Below, in pieces: positions 1 through 10,003 of a stretch of DNA of 32,000 nucleotides. Source of the stretch: Moraxella nasicaprae (GTDB taxonomy: Bacteria > Pseudomonadota > Gammaproteobacteria > Pseudomonadales > Moraxellaceae); contig NZ_CP089977.1 in the NCBI RefSeq assembly GCF_025643275.1, forward strand, positions 180,001 to 212,000, read 5' to 3'. The notes below the pieces were generated by a model. The model was given only the letters and a program-made list of their open reading frames with translations, was not told where the DNA came from and made no database searches. Position numbers and translations under genes: made by a program. How positions within the stretch are numbered: position 1 is the stretch's first letter; every line of letters starts with the position of its first letter.

Positions 1-537
1 CACATCTGGGTTAAAGTTTCTGGCGGTTTTGTTAAAAATCAAATTGCCTGCCTTATCCGCCTTGTACGCCTTAACCAGCGAGACATCAGCCGTCAAAGAC
101 CGCTCCATCAAATATTCTACGCCGTCAAATTCACGCACTTCTTTGCCTTCGGCAACCTTTGTGCCAACGCCTGTTTTGGTAAAAAAGGCAGGAATACCAG
201 CACCGCCAGCACGAAGTTTTTCCGCCAGCGTGCCTTGTGGGGTCAGCTCCACTTCCAGCTCGCCTGATAAAAACTGGCGTTCAAATTCTTTGTTTTCGCC
301 CACATAAGAGGCAATCATTTTTTTGACTTGGCGAGTTTGTAATAGCAGTCCAAGCCCAAAATCGTCCACGCCTGCATTGTTACTAATACAAGTCAAACCC
401 TTCACGCCACTATCACGCAAGGCATCAATCAAGGCTTCTGGAATACCGCACAAGCCAAAACCGCCCACCGCAATGGTTTGATTGTCCGCCACAATGTCCG
501 CTAGGGCAACTGTCGCATTTTCATAAACTTTTGACAT
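1..537 (-). CDS. scoA: 3-oxoacid (succinyl-CoA:3-ketoacid) CoA-transferase subunit A, N-terminal 179 codons. The C-terminus lies beyond the left window edge.
   Basis: This ORF is absent from the supplied track because it runs off the edge. The reverse-strand ATG is at 535-537 (CAT on the + strand) and the frame stays open to position 1. My translation is [123 protein letters not shown]... This matches the family I CoA-transferase A-subunit pattern ([41 protein letters not shown]). Confidence 0.85.
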   Translation of the reverse strand, partial: MSKVYENATVALADIVADNQTIAVGGFGLCGIPEALIDALRDSGVKGLTCISNNAGVDDFGLGLLLQTRQVKKMIASYVGENKEFERQFLSGELEVELTPQGTLAEKLRAGGAGIPAFFTKTGVGTKVAEGKEVREFDGVEYLMERSLTADVSLVKAYKADKAGNLIFNKTARNFNPDV

Positions 538-693
538 TAACAATTCCTTTTTTGTGAGAAAATACAGTCCTTTATACTAATCCGATACGCCCGACTTTGC
601 AAGCAGGATTTTTGTACAATTTATCGGAAAATTGGATAACTTGTTTCCAAAAACCATCAAACTAACGCCCTCAAACACCGCCATCAAATGATA

Positions 694-730
694 AAAGCCG
701 AACCGCTTATCTTAGAAACGGTTCGGCTTT
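694..730 (-). terminator. Rho-independent terminator downstream of xthA
   Basis: AAAGCCGAACCG (694-705) pairs with CGGTTCGGCTTT (719-730) around a 13-nt loop. On the minus strand the GC-rich stem is followed by TTTTAT. It lies 17 nt past the xthA stop. Confidence 0.6.
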
Positions 731-746
731 ACCAATCAATCAACAC

Positions 747-1565
747 CTATGCCAGCTGAAAACTCGCCCAAATCGGTGCATGGTCAGATGGTTTTTCCAT
801 CGCACGAATCTGATAGCTAATGCCTGCTGACTGGCATAAATCCGCCAACTTTGGGCTGCATAAAATGTGGTCGATACGAAGACCTCGTTTTGGTTCATCT
901 TCAAAACCACGAGAACGGTAGTCAAACCAGCTAAATTCATCATCACGCTGCCCGTGCAGATGACGATAAGTATCAACCAGCCCTGTTGCCAACAATGCTT
1001 GATACCACTCTCGCTCTTCTGGCAAGAATGAACACACACCTTTGGATAGCCAGCGTTTGGCATTGACCTCGCCAATCCCCACATCGCAATCCTCTGGCGA
1101 AATATTCATGTCGCCCATCACAATCAGCGTGCGATTTTCCTGATGAAGTGTCGTAATATAACGATTTAGGTCAGCATAAAATGCCTGCTTCATCGGAAAT
1201 TTAGTCTCATGACTTCTGTTTTCGCCCTGCGGAAAATAGCCATTGATGACATCAATCTCCTGCCCATCAATCACATATCGAGCATGAATTAAGCGTCTTT
1301 GGGCATCTTCATCGCCAAAAGGAAAGCCCTTTTGCACAAAAATTGGTGCCATCTTAGAAACCAACGCCACCCCGTAATGGGATTTTTGCCCAAAAAACTC
1401 CACATGATAGCCCAAATCTTGCACCATCTGCACAGGAAAAGCCTCGTCATGCACTTTGGTTTCTTGCAGACCAATGACATCAGCATCTAATATTTGTTTG
1501 ACCGCTTCTAGCTGATGCGGTCTGGCACGCAGCCCATTGATATTAAAACTAACAAAAGTCGCCAT
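747..1565 (-). CDS. xthA: Exodeoxyribonuclease III (AP endonuclease)
   Basis: The 272-aa ORF starts at an ATG (CAT 1563-1565). [24 protein letters not shown]...[15 protein letters not shown]...[15 protein letters not shown]...RIDHILCS...[10 protein letters not shown] carries the ExoIII/EEP family motifs (NING.R, QETK, GD.N, SDH.P). Confidence 0.95.
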   Translation of the reverse strand: MATFVSFNINGLRARPHQLEAVKQILDADVIGLQETKVHDEAFPVQMVQDLGYHVEFFGQKSHYGVALVSKMAPIFVQKGFPFGDEDAQRRLIHARYVIDGQEIDVINGYFPQGENRSHETKFPMKQAFYADLNRYITTLHQENRTLIVMGDMNISPEDCDVGIGEVNAKRWLSKGVCSFLPEEREWYQALLATGLVDTYRHLHGQRDDEFSWFDYRSRGFEDEPKRGLRIDHILCSPKLADLCQSAGISYQIRAMEKPSDHAPIWASFQLA

Positions 1566-1722
1566 AAATATTCATTCCAAAATAAACCAACTATAACAAG
1601 ATTACCAGCGATAATCAAGATACGCCAAAAGCGTCTTTGTGGCATTTTGTGCATAAAATGATTGAAAAATCAGGTTGTGCCAATTAGAATGAGTATCATC
1701 TGACCATCTTTTGGAAAAAATC

Positions 1723-2163
1723 ATGGCAATCTTTGAAAAAATTTACAAAGTCTATATCAATCACACCGACGCTGGCGGTATTGTTTATCACGCCAATCAT
1801 CTGACTTTTTTTGAAAATTGCCGAAGAGATTGGCTAACCACGCTAGGATTTGATGGTTATTTTTTTAACCTTGATGACACATCGCAAGCCAAACACGGTT
1901 TATCGGGTGCGGTTCATTTTGTCGTCAGTGAAGCCAATCTAAAATATCGAACACCCTTATTGGTTGATGACGAACTGTCTGTTCGCATTGATGAGGTCAT
2001 CATCAAGCCCGCCAGTTTAATTTTACACCAAAGCATTCATCGCCCCAATCAGGACAAAGCAGCCACCACAGGCATCATCACACTAGCCTGCGTGCGTAAT
2101 GACGGCAAACAAATCACGCCGTGCCGTTTGCCCAGCTCCTTTATCGCCAAAATGCTAGCTTAG
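1723..2163 (+). CDS. Acyl-CoA thioesterase, YbgC/4-hydroxybenzoyl-CoA thioesterase (hotdog fold) family
   Basis: The N-terminus IFEKIYKVYINHTDAGGIVYHANHLTFFENCRRDWL matches the YbgC-type catalytic region (Y..TD..G.VYH.NY...FE.AR). The track ORF starts at TTG 1711, and I prefer ATG 1723. Confidence 0.75.
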   Translation: MAIFEKIYKVYINHTDAGGIVYHANHLTFFENCRRDWLTTLGFDGYFFNLDDTSQAKHGLSGAVHFVVSEANLKYRTPLLVDDELSVRIDEVIIKPASLILHQSIHRPNQDKAATTGIITLACVRNDGKQITPCRLPSSFIAKMLA

Positions 2164-2174
2164 GATTGTGATTG

Positions 2175-2843
2175 ATGGTACTGGTGTCATTCGATGGTTT
2201 AAGCATGGTCAGTCATGGCAAAACCCTCATTAAGCACGCCACCGCTCAGATTATGGCTGGCGATAAGATTCTTTTGACAGGGCAGTCAGGTGCGGGCAAA
2301 TCGCTATTATTACAATTGCTTGGCGGACAGATTGGTCAGCATACTGGCACGCTATATCATCAAGGGAAAACACCAGAACAACTAACGCCTAGTGTGTGGC
2401 GACACCGTCTGGCTTATTTGACCCAAAATCCTCAGATGGTTGATGGTACTGTTTTGGATAATTTACAACTGCCATTTAGATTTTCTTATCACAGTCAACG
2501 CCAATTTGACCAAAAATTTCATACAGATATTTTATCAAAATTAAATAAATCGGCAGATTTTTTGACCGCTCCCATTGCACAGCTTTCAGGGGGCGAGCGA
2601 CAGCTGGTGCATTTGCTACGCACTTTACAGCTTAACCCGTGTGTCTTATTGCTAGATGAACCCACCGCTGCCTTAGATGTCAATACTGCCGCCCACATCA
2701 CCGCTCTGCTTAATACATGGGTTGATGCCAGTACCATTGATTGCCCTCGTGCTTATGTGTGGATTGACCATCATCAAACTCATGATGCCTACAACAAAAA
2801 ATGGCAAATGCTCAATCAGATGCTACACACGGAGATGTTGTGA
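2175..2843 (+). CDS. fetA: ABC transporter ATP-binding protein, FetA/YbbL-like (putative iron export)
   Basis: It has a Walker A (GQSGAGKS), an ABC signature (LSGGERQ) and a Walker B (LLLDEPTAALD). Its small size and colinearity with E. coli YbbL/FetA as I recall it fit the call, and it overlaps a YbbM/FetB-like permease gene. The track start is TTG 2172 and an ATG is at 2175. Confidence 0.7.
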   Translation: MVLVSFDGLSMVSHGKTLIKHATAQIMAGDKILLTGQSGAGKSLLLQLLGGQIGQHTGTLYHQGKTPEQLTPSVWRHRLAYLTQNPQMVDGTVLDNLQLPFRFSYHSQRQFDQKFHTDILSKLNKSADFLTAPIAQLSGGERQLVHLLRTLQLNPCVLLLDEPTAALDVNTAAHITALLNTWVDASTIDCPRAYVWIDHHQTHDAYNKKWQMLNQMLHTEML

Positions 2844-3607
2844 TGATGCTTGATGGTTTGGATATTATTTTTGCCAGCTTGCTGGTTGGCGTTGCCCTGC
2901 TGATTTCTTGGAAATTACACCTCAATCTGGGCAAATCCATCGTCATCGCCAGCATTCGTACCATTGTCCAGCTGAGTTTTGTTGGCTTGATTTTGGCGTG
3001 GGTATTTGCCCAAGAATCATCAATACAAGTGCTGAGTATTTTGAGTGTGATGACACTCATTGCCTCGCACGCTGTCAGTAAACGCATCAAAAAGCCCTAT
3101 CGTGGGCTATTTTTGGACACCGTGCTATCTTTGGCGATGGCGACCATGCTGGTGGTCTTTGCCGCCATGTTATTGATTTTAAATATCAAGCCTTGGTATT
3201 CGCCACAATACATCATTCCCATTGCAGGTCTGATTTTGGGAAATTCTTTGACCGCAGTTTCCTTGACCAGCAGCCAGATGATTGATGATTTATACCAACA
3301 ATCAACCAGCATTCGCATGATGCTCGCTCTATCTGCCACGCCCTTTGAGGCTTGCCACCACATCATTGTCAAAGCCATCAATCACGGCATGATGCCCACC
3401 ATCAATTCGATGATGGTGGTCGGCTTGGTTAGCTTACCCGGTATGATGACAGGGCAGATTTTGGCAGGAGCAGACCCCTCTCAGGCGGTACGCTATCAAA
3501 TCATTACGATGTTTTTTATTTGCACAGGCAGTGCCTTATCCTGCACCATCATCAGCTTGCTTATTCTAAAAAGATTTTTTAATAAAAACAATCAGCTCAT
3601 CTTATAA
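2843..3607 (+). CDS. fetB: UPF0014-family ABC permease, FetB/YbbM-like
   Basis: This is a polytopic membrane protein (LDGLDIIFASLLVGVALLISWKL...SIRTIVQLSFVGLILAWVF...). ATG 2843 overlaps the fetA TGA (2841-2843) in a TGATG arrangement, which suggests translational coupling. The track's longer 2801 start would overlap fetA by 43 nt. Confidence 0.7.
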   Translation: MMLDGLDIIFASLLVGVALLISWKLHLNLGKSIVIASIRTIVQLSFVGLILAWVFAQESSIQVLSILSVMTLIASHAVSKRIKKPYRGLFLDTVLSLAMATMLVVFAAMLLILNIKPWYSPQYIIPIAGLILGNSLTAVSLTSSQMIDDLYQQSTSIRMMLALSATPFEACHHIIVKAINHGMMPTINSMMVVGLVSLPGMMTGQILAGADPSQAVRYQIITMFFICTGSALSCTIISLLILKRFFNKNNQLIL

Positions 3608-3712
3608 ATGAGCTGACACCACCAAACACCATCAACAAAATCAGACTTTAAAAAACTCATCTTATCAATAGCAATCTAGCCAGTATTCAAATAAATCGCT
3701 TACCCAATGAAT

Positions 3713-3742
3713 AAAAAAAGACCTGTCCAAACAAGTCTTTTT
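3713..3742. terminator. Bidirectional Rho-independent terminator between convergent fetB and the SDR gene
   Basis: The sequence is AAAAAAAGACCTGT-CCAA-ACAAGTCTTTTT, a roughly 10-bp stem with one C/A mismatch. An A-run flanks it on the left and a T-run on the right, so it can work on both strands. Confidence 0.5.
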
Positions 3743-3756
3743 GTATCAAAAAAAGT

Positions 3757-4611
3757 TTAGATAAACTTCGTGATTAGTCTTAATGGTAAATATTTCATGC
3801 CAAGACCAATGGGCAACCAAGGCCATGCTGGAACATAAGCCTCATCAACTTTTGCCTCAATCGCCTTGATGATGACTTCCGCCCCCTCTTCTTCCTCAAC
3901 CTCAAACGGCAAATATTTTGCCCCGATATTAAGGTCGGTACGCACATAACCTGGATAGATGGTGGATACCGTGATGGGTAGTTTTTCTTTAATCATGTCA
4001 GCTCGAATGCCCTCAGCCAGACTTGCCAATCCTGCCTTAGCAGCCGCATAAGTCGTCAAATGTCGTGGCAAACCACGCACCGCTGACATGCTAGAAATCA
4101 CCACCAGATGACCGCTATTTTGCGAACGAAAAATCTGCATTGCCGCCTCGCATTGAGCCATTGCAGCAATAAAATTCGTCTCAGCGGTTGCACGATTGAT
4201 GTTAAAGCGACCATGCCCAATCACTCTACTATCGCCCACGCCTGCATTCACGATGATTTTATCAATCGTGCCAATTTCTTTGGTAAATTCGCCAAACACA
4301 TCAAAAATCTGGTCATAATCGGTCACATCTAGGCGTTTTGCATGCACCTTAATGCCATACTGGCTTTCAAGCTCCTCTTTTAGGGCGTCCAATCGCTCTA
4401 AGCGTCTGGCACAGATTGCCAAATCATAACCCAAAAAAGCAAATTTGCGTGCCATCATCGCACCCAAGCCACTACTTGCTCCTGTGATGAGGACGGTTTT
4501 ATTTGCACCAATGCCTCGAATGTCATTTAAGTCTTTGATTTTACTAAATTGATTGGCAATGACACGACCCAATTTATCGGCTCGACCAAACAACTCTTCC
4601 AGCTTTTTCAT
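3757..4611 (-). CDS. Short-chain dehydrogenase/reductase (SDR) family oxidoreductase
   Basis: It has the Rossmann motif TGASSGLG, NAG, and a Ser...Y...K catalytic pattern (SSMSAVRG...YAAAKAG). The substrate is unknown. The track start is TTG 4620, and I prefer ATG 4611 (MKKLEELF...). Confidence 0.85.
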   Translation of the reverse strand: MKKLEELFGRADKLGRVIANQFSKIKDLNDIRGIGANKTVLITGASSGLGAMMARKFAFLGYDLAICARRLERLDALKEELESQYGIKVHAKRLDVTDYDQIFDVFGEFTKEIGTIDKIIVNAGVGDSRVIGHGRFNINRATAETNFIAAMAQCEAAMQIFRSQNSGHLVVISSMSAVRGLPRHLTTYAAAKAGLASLAEGIRADMIKEKLPITVSTIYPGYVRTDLNIGAKYLPFEVEEEEGAEVIIKAIEAKVDEAYVPAWPWLPIGLGMKYLPLRLITKFI

Positions 4612-4675
4612 ATTTATCAATCTTCTAAAAAATTCGCTATTCTACATCAAATCATCAAAAGTTACAAACCACTCC

Positions 4676-5647
4676 TTATGGGCGAGTGAATTTGCTGGCT
4701 GCCTGACCCAATGCCTGTATCGTATGCTCAACCACACCCTGCACACTCAGCCCAGAGTCGGACAAACCCAACTTTTCCATCAAAGTCGGTTTACTGCGTG
4801 TATGCAGTGCATAGACATGATGATGATTTAATAAAGACAAAATATAACTGTCCGAAGTGCCAACTTCATCAATCAGTCCCATCTGCATGGCATCTGCACC
4901 AAGCCAAATCTCGCCTGTGGCAATCGCCTCGATATTTAAGTTTGGGCGGTGTGTTTTGACAAATTGCTTGAACAATTCATGAATGCGATTGATGTCTTCT
5001 TGATGTTTTTGACGGTCTTCATCGGTATTTTCGCCAAACATGGTTACCGTGCGTTTGTATTCACCTGCGGTAAACTGCTCAAAACCAATGTCATATTTTT
5101 TCATCAGTTCATGGAAATTCGGCAGCTGGCTGATGACACCCACCGAACCAATCACACCAAAATCACTGGCGATGATTTTATCAGCAACACACGCCATCAT
5201 ATAGCCGCCACTGGCGGCAATCTTATCCACACACACCGTCAAAGACAGTCCTGCTTGCTTAATACGCATCAATTGAGCGGCCGCCAAGCCATAGGCATTC
5301 ACTTGACCGCCGCCACTTTCTAGACGAAGTACAATCTCATCGCCTGCCTTAGCACTACTGATGATGGTGCTGATTTCCTCTCGCAGATGCTCAACTGCTG
5401 ATGCTTTGATGTCGCCATCAAAATCAAGCACATATACATTCTTTTTCTCAGAATGCAGCGCCTCTTTATCGTCAGATTTCTTATCTTCTTTGGATTTTTT
5501 GATGGCTTGGCAAATCTTAGCAAAAGGTGTACAGCCTGATTTTTCCTCTTTTTGAGCATCAGCAAGCTGCTTTTTGGCGGTTTCTTGAGCCTTGTTTAGA
5601 TGAATGATTTGTAATTCAACAGGTTTTTTTGATGAATAAAACAACAT
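4676..5647 (-). CDS. sohB: Peptidase S49 family protease SohB
   Basis: YVLDFDGDIKASAVEHLREEI...VVLRLESGGGQVNAYGLAA...VCVDKIAASGGYMMACVADKI is colinear with E. coli SohB as I recall it. ATG 5645-5647 follows an AAGGAAG SD. Confidence 0.85.
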   Translation of the reverse strand: MLFYSSKKPVELQIIHLNKAQETAKKQLADAQKEEKSGCTPFAKICQAIKKSKEDKKSDDKEALHSEKKNVYVLDFDGDIKASAVEHLREEISTIISSAKAGDEIVLRLESGGGQVNAYGLAAAQLMRIKQAGLSLTVCVDKIAASGGYMMACVADKIIASDFGVIGSVGVISQLPNFHELMKKYDIGFEQFTAGEYKRTVTMFGENTDEDRQKHQEDINRIHELFKQFVKTHRPNLNIEAIATGEIWLGADAMQMGLIDEVGTSDSYILSLLNHHHVYALHTRSKPTLMEKLGLSDSGLSVQGVVEHTIQALGQAASKFTRP

Positions 5648-5752
5648 ATTAACTTCCTTTATATCACATGATTGACTTGGTTTAATGGCTTATAATGGGT
5701 GCATCAATGCTGATTTTAAAGACAAAGAACACCAATATTACACAAAACACAC

Positions 5753-5795
5753 AAAAAAACAGAACAAAACCCGTTCAGACTTTGTTCTGTTTTTT
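5753..5795 (-). terminator. Rho-independent terminator downstream of nhaP2 (structurally bidirectional)
   Basis: CAGAACAAA (5760-5768) pairs with TTTGTTCTG (5781-5789) around a 12-nt loop. A 7-nt A-run precedes it and a 6-nt T-run follows. Confidence 0.65.
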
Positions 5796-5811
5796 GGCTT
5801 GGCAAGGCGGC

Positions 5812-7668
5812 TTAATCCTTATGGTAATTTTTTAGCCCCACCCCACGCAATCTGCCTTGACCATCAATATCACGCACAATCAATGACCAATGCTCATTAA
5901 GACGAATCTCATCGCCTTTGACAGGCTCAGTGGCAAATTCATTTAGCATAAATTCTTCCACCGTCATATTTTGCGATTTGGTCAAAGTATCAATCAGCTC
6001 ATCATCAATCCCCGTCAAGCTGGTTGCTGAGGGTGCTAGCGTGAATATCTCCCATGCTGCCGAAGTCTGCAAACGGCTCAAACGATTGCCATTGGTATTG
6101 AGCGTTTTGGTTGCCAAATTATAAAAAGGCAAATCAGCAATTTTGGCGTGTGGCGACAGTAGCCAATCGCCATAAAACTGGCTATTCTTTTGGTATTGAG
6201 CGGTTGAATTATTAAAAATTTTGGCAATACTTGCCGCATGGTCACCGCTCATCGCATACCACACCAAATCGCCCGTTTTAAGCGTTGTGTCATCATTGAT
6301 GGTCAGCAGTTTTTGGTGACGCACCAATGCAAATACCGAGATGGCATTAGGGCTTACCTTGCTAGAAATGCTCTGAGGGTGGCGATTGATGGCAAACGCA
6401 CCTGGCTTGACTTCAAATTCATACAGCGTGATGTTGGCTTGGTCACCCACCCAAATCTCATGCTCCGCCTTAGGCTCATTATCAGTTGGTACCCATACAC
6501 GAAATAATCTGGACATAAAAGGAATGGTTGTGCCTTGTGCCAATAAGGATAAAATCACCACACCAAAAGTGATGTTAAACGCCAAATCCGCACCTGGCAC
6601 TTTCATCATCACAGGAATAATCGCCAGCGTAATCGGTACTGCACCACGCAAGCCAACCCAAGAAATGAAACCAATCTCACGCAAGCTAAAATGAAATGGC
6701 AATAAAGAGGACGCCACCGCCCAAGGTCTTGCCACAAACAACAAAAACAAGAAAATCAGCAAAGAATAATGCCACACTTCAAGAATGTTTGATGGCATGA
6801 CCAAAAGTCCCAAAATCACAAACAACGCCGCTTGTGACAACCAAGCAAAGCTGTCCATCACACGCAGTACATGCTCTGTGGCTCGCACTTTGGTATTACC
6901 AATCACCACGCCTGCCAAATACACCGCCAAAAATCCTGAACCGCCCAGCAAGTTGGTCGCCCCAAAAACAATCATGCCTGCCGACATGATTAAAATGGCA
7001 TACATACCATCTGCCAGATAAACTTTTGGCAAAAGACGAGATAACGCCCAACCAGAAAGCAATCCTACAATCAAACCTGTACCAATCTGCTGCACCAACA
7101 TCACAAGCAGACTACTGATGCTTTGACTGTCTGGGTCAAGATTGAGGGCAATCATCGCTGTAACCAGCAAAATCGCCAACGGGTCGTTCGCTCCTGACTC
7201 AATTTCTAGGGTTGCTTGCACACGGTCATTGAGCTTGACACCACCATTTCGCAATAGAGAAAAAACCGCCGCCGCATCAGTTGAGCCAACAATCGCTGCC
7301 ATCAATAAACCCAATCGCCAGTCCACATCTAGCAGCCAAGTGGCAAAGATGCCCAATGCGGTTACTGTTGCCAACACACCCCAGCTTGCCAGTGTGATGG
7401 CAGGTTTTAGACCCACACGAAACGAATTGAGCGAAGTGCGAAGTCCGCCATCAAGCAAAATGCACGCCAATGCCGCCTGACCGATAAAGTTGGCAAGCTG
7501 ATAATCAGCAAAAGGAATGCCAAGCACACCCTCTTCGCCTGCTAGCATGCCCACGCCCAAGAAAAACAACAATAATGGCACACCAAGCCTTGCTGATAGC
7601 GTGCTGGTCATGATGCTAATAAAAATCAGCAATGATGCAACCACATATAAGGTATTTAAATAATCCAT
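5812..7668 (-). CDS. nhaP2: K+/H+ antiporter NhaP2/CvrA (CPA1 family) with a C-terminal TrkA-C-like region
   Basis: This is a 618-aa polytopic protein. GVPLLLFFLGVGMLAGEEGVLGIPF...IVGSTDAAAVFSLL...LEIESGANDP...ISWVGLRGAVPI is colinear with E. coli CvrA/YcgO as I recall it. Confidence 0.9.
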   Translation of the reverse strand: MDYLNTLYVVASLLIFISIMTSTLSARLGVPLLLFFLGVGMLAGEEGVLGIPFADYQLANFIGQAALACILLDGGLRTSLNSFRVGLKPAITLASWGVLATVTALGIFATWLLDVDWRLGLLMAAIVGSTDAAAVFSLLRNGGVKLNDRVQATLEIESGANDPLAILLVTAMIALNLDPDSQSISSLLVMLVQQIGTGLIVGLLSGWALSRLLPKVYLADGMYAILIMSAGMIVFGATNLLGGSGFLAVYLAGVVIGNTKVRATEHVLRVMDSFAWLSQAALFVILGLLVMPSNILEVWHYSLLIFLFLLFVARPWAVASSLLPFHFSLREIGFISWVGLRGAVPITLAIIPVMMKVPGADLAFNITFGVVILSLLAQGTTIPFMSRLFRVWVPTDNEPKAEHEIWVGDQANITLYEFEVKPGAFAINRHPQSISSKVSPNAISVFALVRHQKLLTINDDTTLKTGDLVWYAMSGDHAASIAKIFNNSTAQYQKNSQFYGDWLLSPHAKIADLPFYNLATKTLNTNGNRLSRLQTSAAWEIFTLAPSATSLTGIDDELIDTLTKSQNMTVEEFMLNEFATEPVKGDEIRLNEHWSLIVRDIDGQGRLRGVGLKNYHKD

Positions 7669-8078
7669 AACCGCACACCCTCATCAACCAGCAAAATAGG
7701 CACAACTAAGCCATCAAAGCACATCAAAACAGGATTTAACCCCATAAAAAATAAAGAAAATTTCTACAAAATATCAACCCACCAATCCTATCACAACTCA
7801 CCCCATTGTGCCATAAAAAATACAAAAAATTTTAATCAGTAAAGTATCAGCAAATCTTGTGTTTACATCTTGCTCACTCATCGCCAAGCACCATCTGACA
7901 CAAACAAGCTATCACAATCCTCCTAAGCGGTATCCATGGTATTAGTCACCAGTAAATACCCCTTTCATGCCTGGTGAATTTTGATGATGTTTGCTAAAAA
8001 TGATTTTTAATCCATCATTGCTCAATTTTAAATCAAGATAAAAATACAAAAACCTAATAAAAAAATCACTCGCACCCC

Positions 8079-8107
8079 TTGAACCCAAAACAATTACAAG
8101 GCATAAT
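8079..8107 (+). promoter_or_regulatory. Candidate sigma-70 promoter for aspS
   Basis: TTGAAC (8079-8084), a 17-nt spacer, then CATAAT (8102-8107), about 85 nt upstream of the aspS ATG. This is a sequence-pattern call only. Confidence 0.35.
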
Positions 8108-8192
8108 GTATGGTTTAAAGACTTAATTTGGCGACAATCTCGCCCAAAGATATTGATTGTTTTCGTTTAGATTTATAAATAAGGCAAATTCT

Positions 8193-9989
8193 ATGATGCG
8201 TACTGCATACTGCGGTTTAGTAACCGAAGAACTGATTGACCAAACCATCACCATTGCAGGTTGGGTGCATCGTCGCCGTGACCACGGTGGTGTGATTTTC
8301 TTGGACATGAGAGACCGTGAAGGCTTACTACAAGTAGTCATCGACCCTGATACACCAGAAGCCTTTGCTACTGCTGATGCTGCTCGCTCTGAATACTTGC
8401 TAAAAATCACAGGTCGTGTGCGTCGTCGCTATGCAGGCACCGAAAACGCCAACATGACCAGCGGTCAAGTGGAGCTTTTGGGCAAAGAGATTGAACTGCT
8501 TGCTAAGGCTGACACACCACCATTCCCATTGAATGACGAAAATATCTCTGTTTCAGAAGAGTTACGCCTAAAATATCGCTTCTTGGACATGCGTCGTCCA
8601 GAGATGCAAGAACGCATGAAGTTCCGTGCCAAAGCCACTTCTACCATTCGTCGTTATCTAGATGATCATGGCTTTCTTGATGTTGAAACCCCGATTTTGA
8701 CTCGTGCCACCCCAGAGGGAGCAAGGGACTATCTAGTACCATCTCGCACTCGTCCAGGTAACTTTTTTGCCCTACCTCAATCGCCACAGTTATTTAAGCA
8801 ACTACTGATGGTGGCAGGCTTTGACCGCTATTACCAAATCGCTAAATGCTTCCGTGATGAAGATTTGCGTGCTGACCGTCAGCCAGAATTTACCCAAGTC
8901 GATATCGAAACCTCTTTCCTATCTGACGAAGAGATTATGGACATTGCCGAAGGCTTGACCAAAGATTTGTTCAAAACGATGCTTAATGTTGAATTTGACA
9001 AATTCCCACGCATGACCTATGCCACTGCAATGCGTGATTATGCTTCTGATAAGCCAGATTTGCGTATCCCATTAAAATTGGTTGATGTGGCTGACATCAT
9101 GCAATCGGTTGAATTTAAAGTATTCTCAGGTCCAGCTGCCGACCCCAAAGGTCGTGTTGCCGCTCTACGCATTCCAAACGGTGCTGAAATGAGCCGTAAG
9201 CAAATTGACGATTACACCAAATTTGTCGGCATCTACGGTGCAAAAGGTCTTGCCTACATCAAAGTCAATGATGATACCAAAATCAACAATGGCGTGGACC
9301 AAGAATCAGGTCTACAATCACCAATCATCAAAAACATGACCGATGAAGTGTTGGTGGAACTCATCAAACGCACCGAAGCCAAGACAGGCGACATCATTTT
9401 CTTTGGTGCTGATAAAGCCAAAGTTGTCAATGACGCCATGGGTGCGTTGCGTGTCAAAATTGGTACTGACCTAAATCTATTCACTTGTGAATGGGCACCG
9501 CTATGGGTGGTTGATTTCCCAATGTTTGAAGAAACTGACGATGGTAAATGGACATCGGTTCACCACCCATTCACTCGTCCAAAAGGCTCGGTAGAAGAAC
9601 TAAAACAAAGTCCAGAAACCGCCCTATCTATCGCCTATGATATGGTGCTTAATGGCACAGAAATCGGCGGTGGTTCATTACGTATCAACACTGTTGAAAT
9701 GCAAGAAGCAGTTTTTGATGCACTTGGCATCTCAAAAGAAGAAGCTGAGCTAAAATTCAAGTTCTTGCTAGATGCACTGCGTTTTGGTGCACCGCCGCAC
9801 GGTGGCTTGGCATTTGGTCTAGACCGTCTGATTATGCTAATGGTAGGAGCAAGCTCAATCCGTGATGTGATTGCCTTCCCGAAAACCAAAACAGCAGAAT
9901 GTCCATTGACCGAAGCTCCTGCTGGTGTTGATGCTAAGCAACTTCGTGAACTTGGCATTCGAGTTCGTGAAAAAGAAAAAGCCGAATAA
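8193..9989 (+). CDS. aspS: Aspartate--tRNA ligase
   Basis: [44 protein letters not shown]... plus class II motifs ([28 protein letters not shown]). ATG 8193 follows AAGG (8181-8184). The track's 8157 TTG extension adds 12 non-homologous residues. Confidence 0.97.
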   Translation: MMRTAYCGLVTEELIDQTITIAGWVHRRRDHGGVIFLDMRDREGLLQVVIDPDTPEAFATADAARSEYLLKITGRVRRRYAGTENANMTSGQVELLGKEIELLAKADTPPFPLNDENISVSEELRLKYRFLDMRRPEMQERMKFRAKATSTIRRYLDDHGFLDVETPILTRATPEGARDYLVPSRTRPGNFFALPQSPQLFKQLLMVAGFDRYYQIAKCFRDEDLRADRQPEFTQVDIETSFLSDEEIMDIAEGLTKDLFKTMLNVEFDKFPRMTYATAMRDYASDKPDLRIPLKLVDVADIMQSVEFKVFSGPAADPKGRVAALRIPNGAEMSRKQIDDYTKFVGIYGAKGLAYIKVNDDTKINNGVDQESGLQSPIIKNMTDEVLVELIKRTEAKTGDIIFFGADKAKVVNDAMGALRVKIGTDLNLFTCEWAPLWVVDFPMFEETDDGKWTSVHHPFTRPKGSVEELKQSPETALSIAYDMVLNGTEIGGGSLRINTVEMQEAVFDALGISKEEAELKFKFLLDALRFGAPPHGGLAFGLDRLIMLMVGASSIRDVIAFPKTKTAECPLTEAPAGVDAKQLRELGIRVREKEKAE

Positions 9990-10003
9990 TTCACATTGAC
10001 CGT

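Noticed and set aside
740-1084. A 114-aa same-strand, alternative-frame ORF inside xthA. Many similar 60-150-aa ORFs lie antisense or out of frame within aspS, nhaP2, degS, mltD, lptB, radA, glnA and other genes.
   Set aside because: All are fully embedded in long ORFs with strong family signatures, and their translations show no family motifs. I treated them as shadow ORFs.
3593-3615. A hairpin, CAGCTCAT-CTTATAA-ATGAGCTG, overlapping the fetB stop codon.
   Set aside because: No T-run follows it, and a better bidirectional terminator lies about 100 nt downstream (3713-3742).
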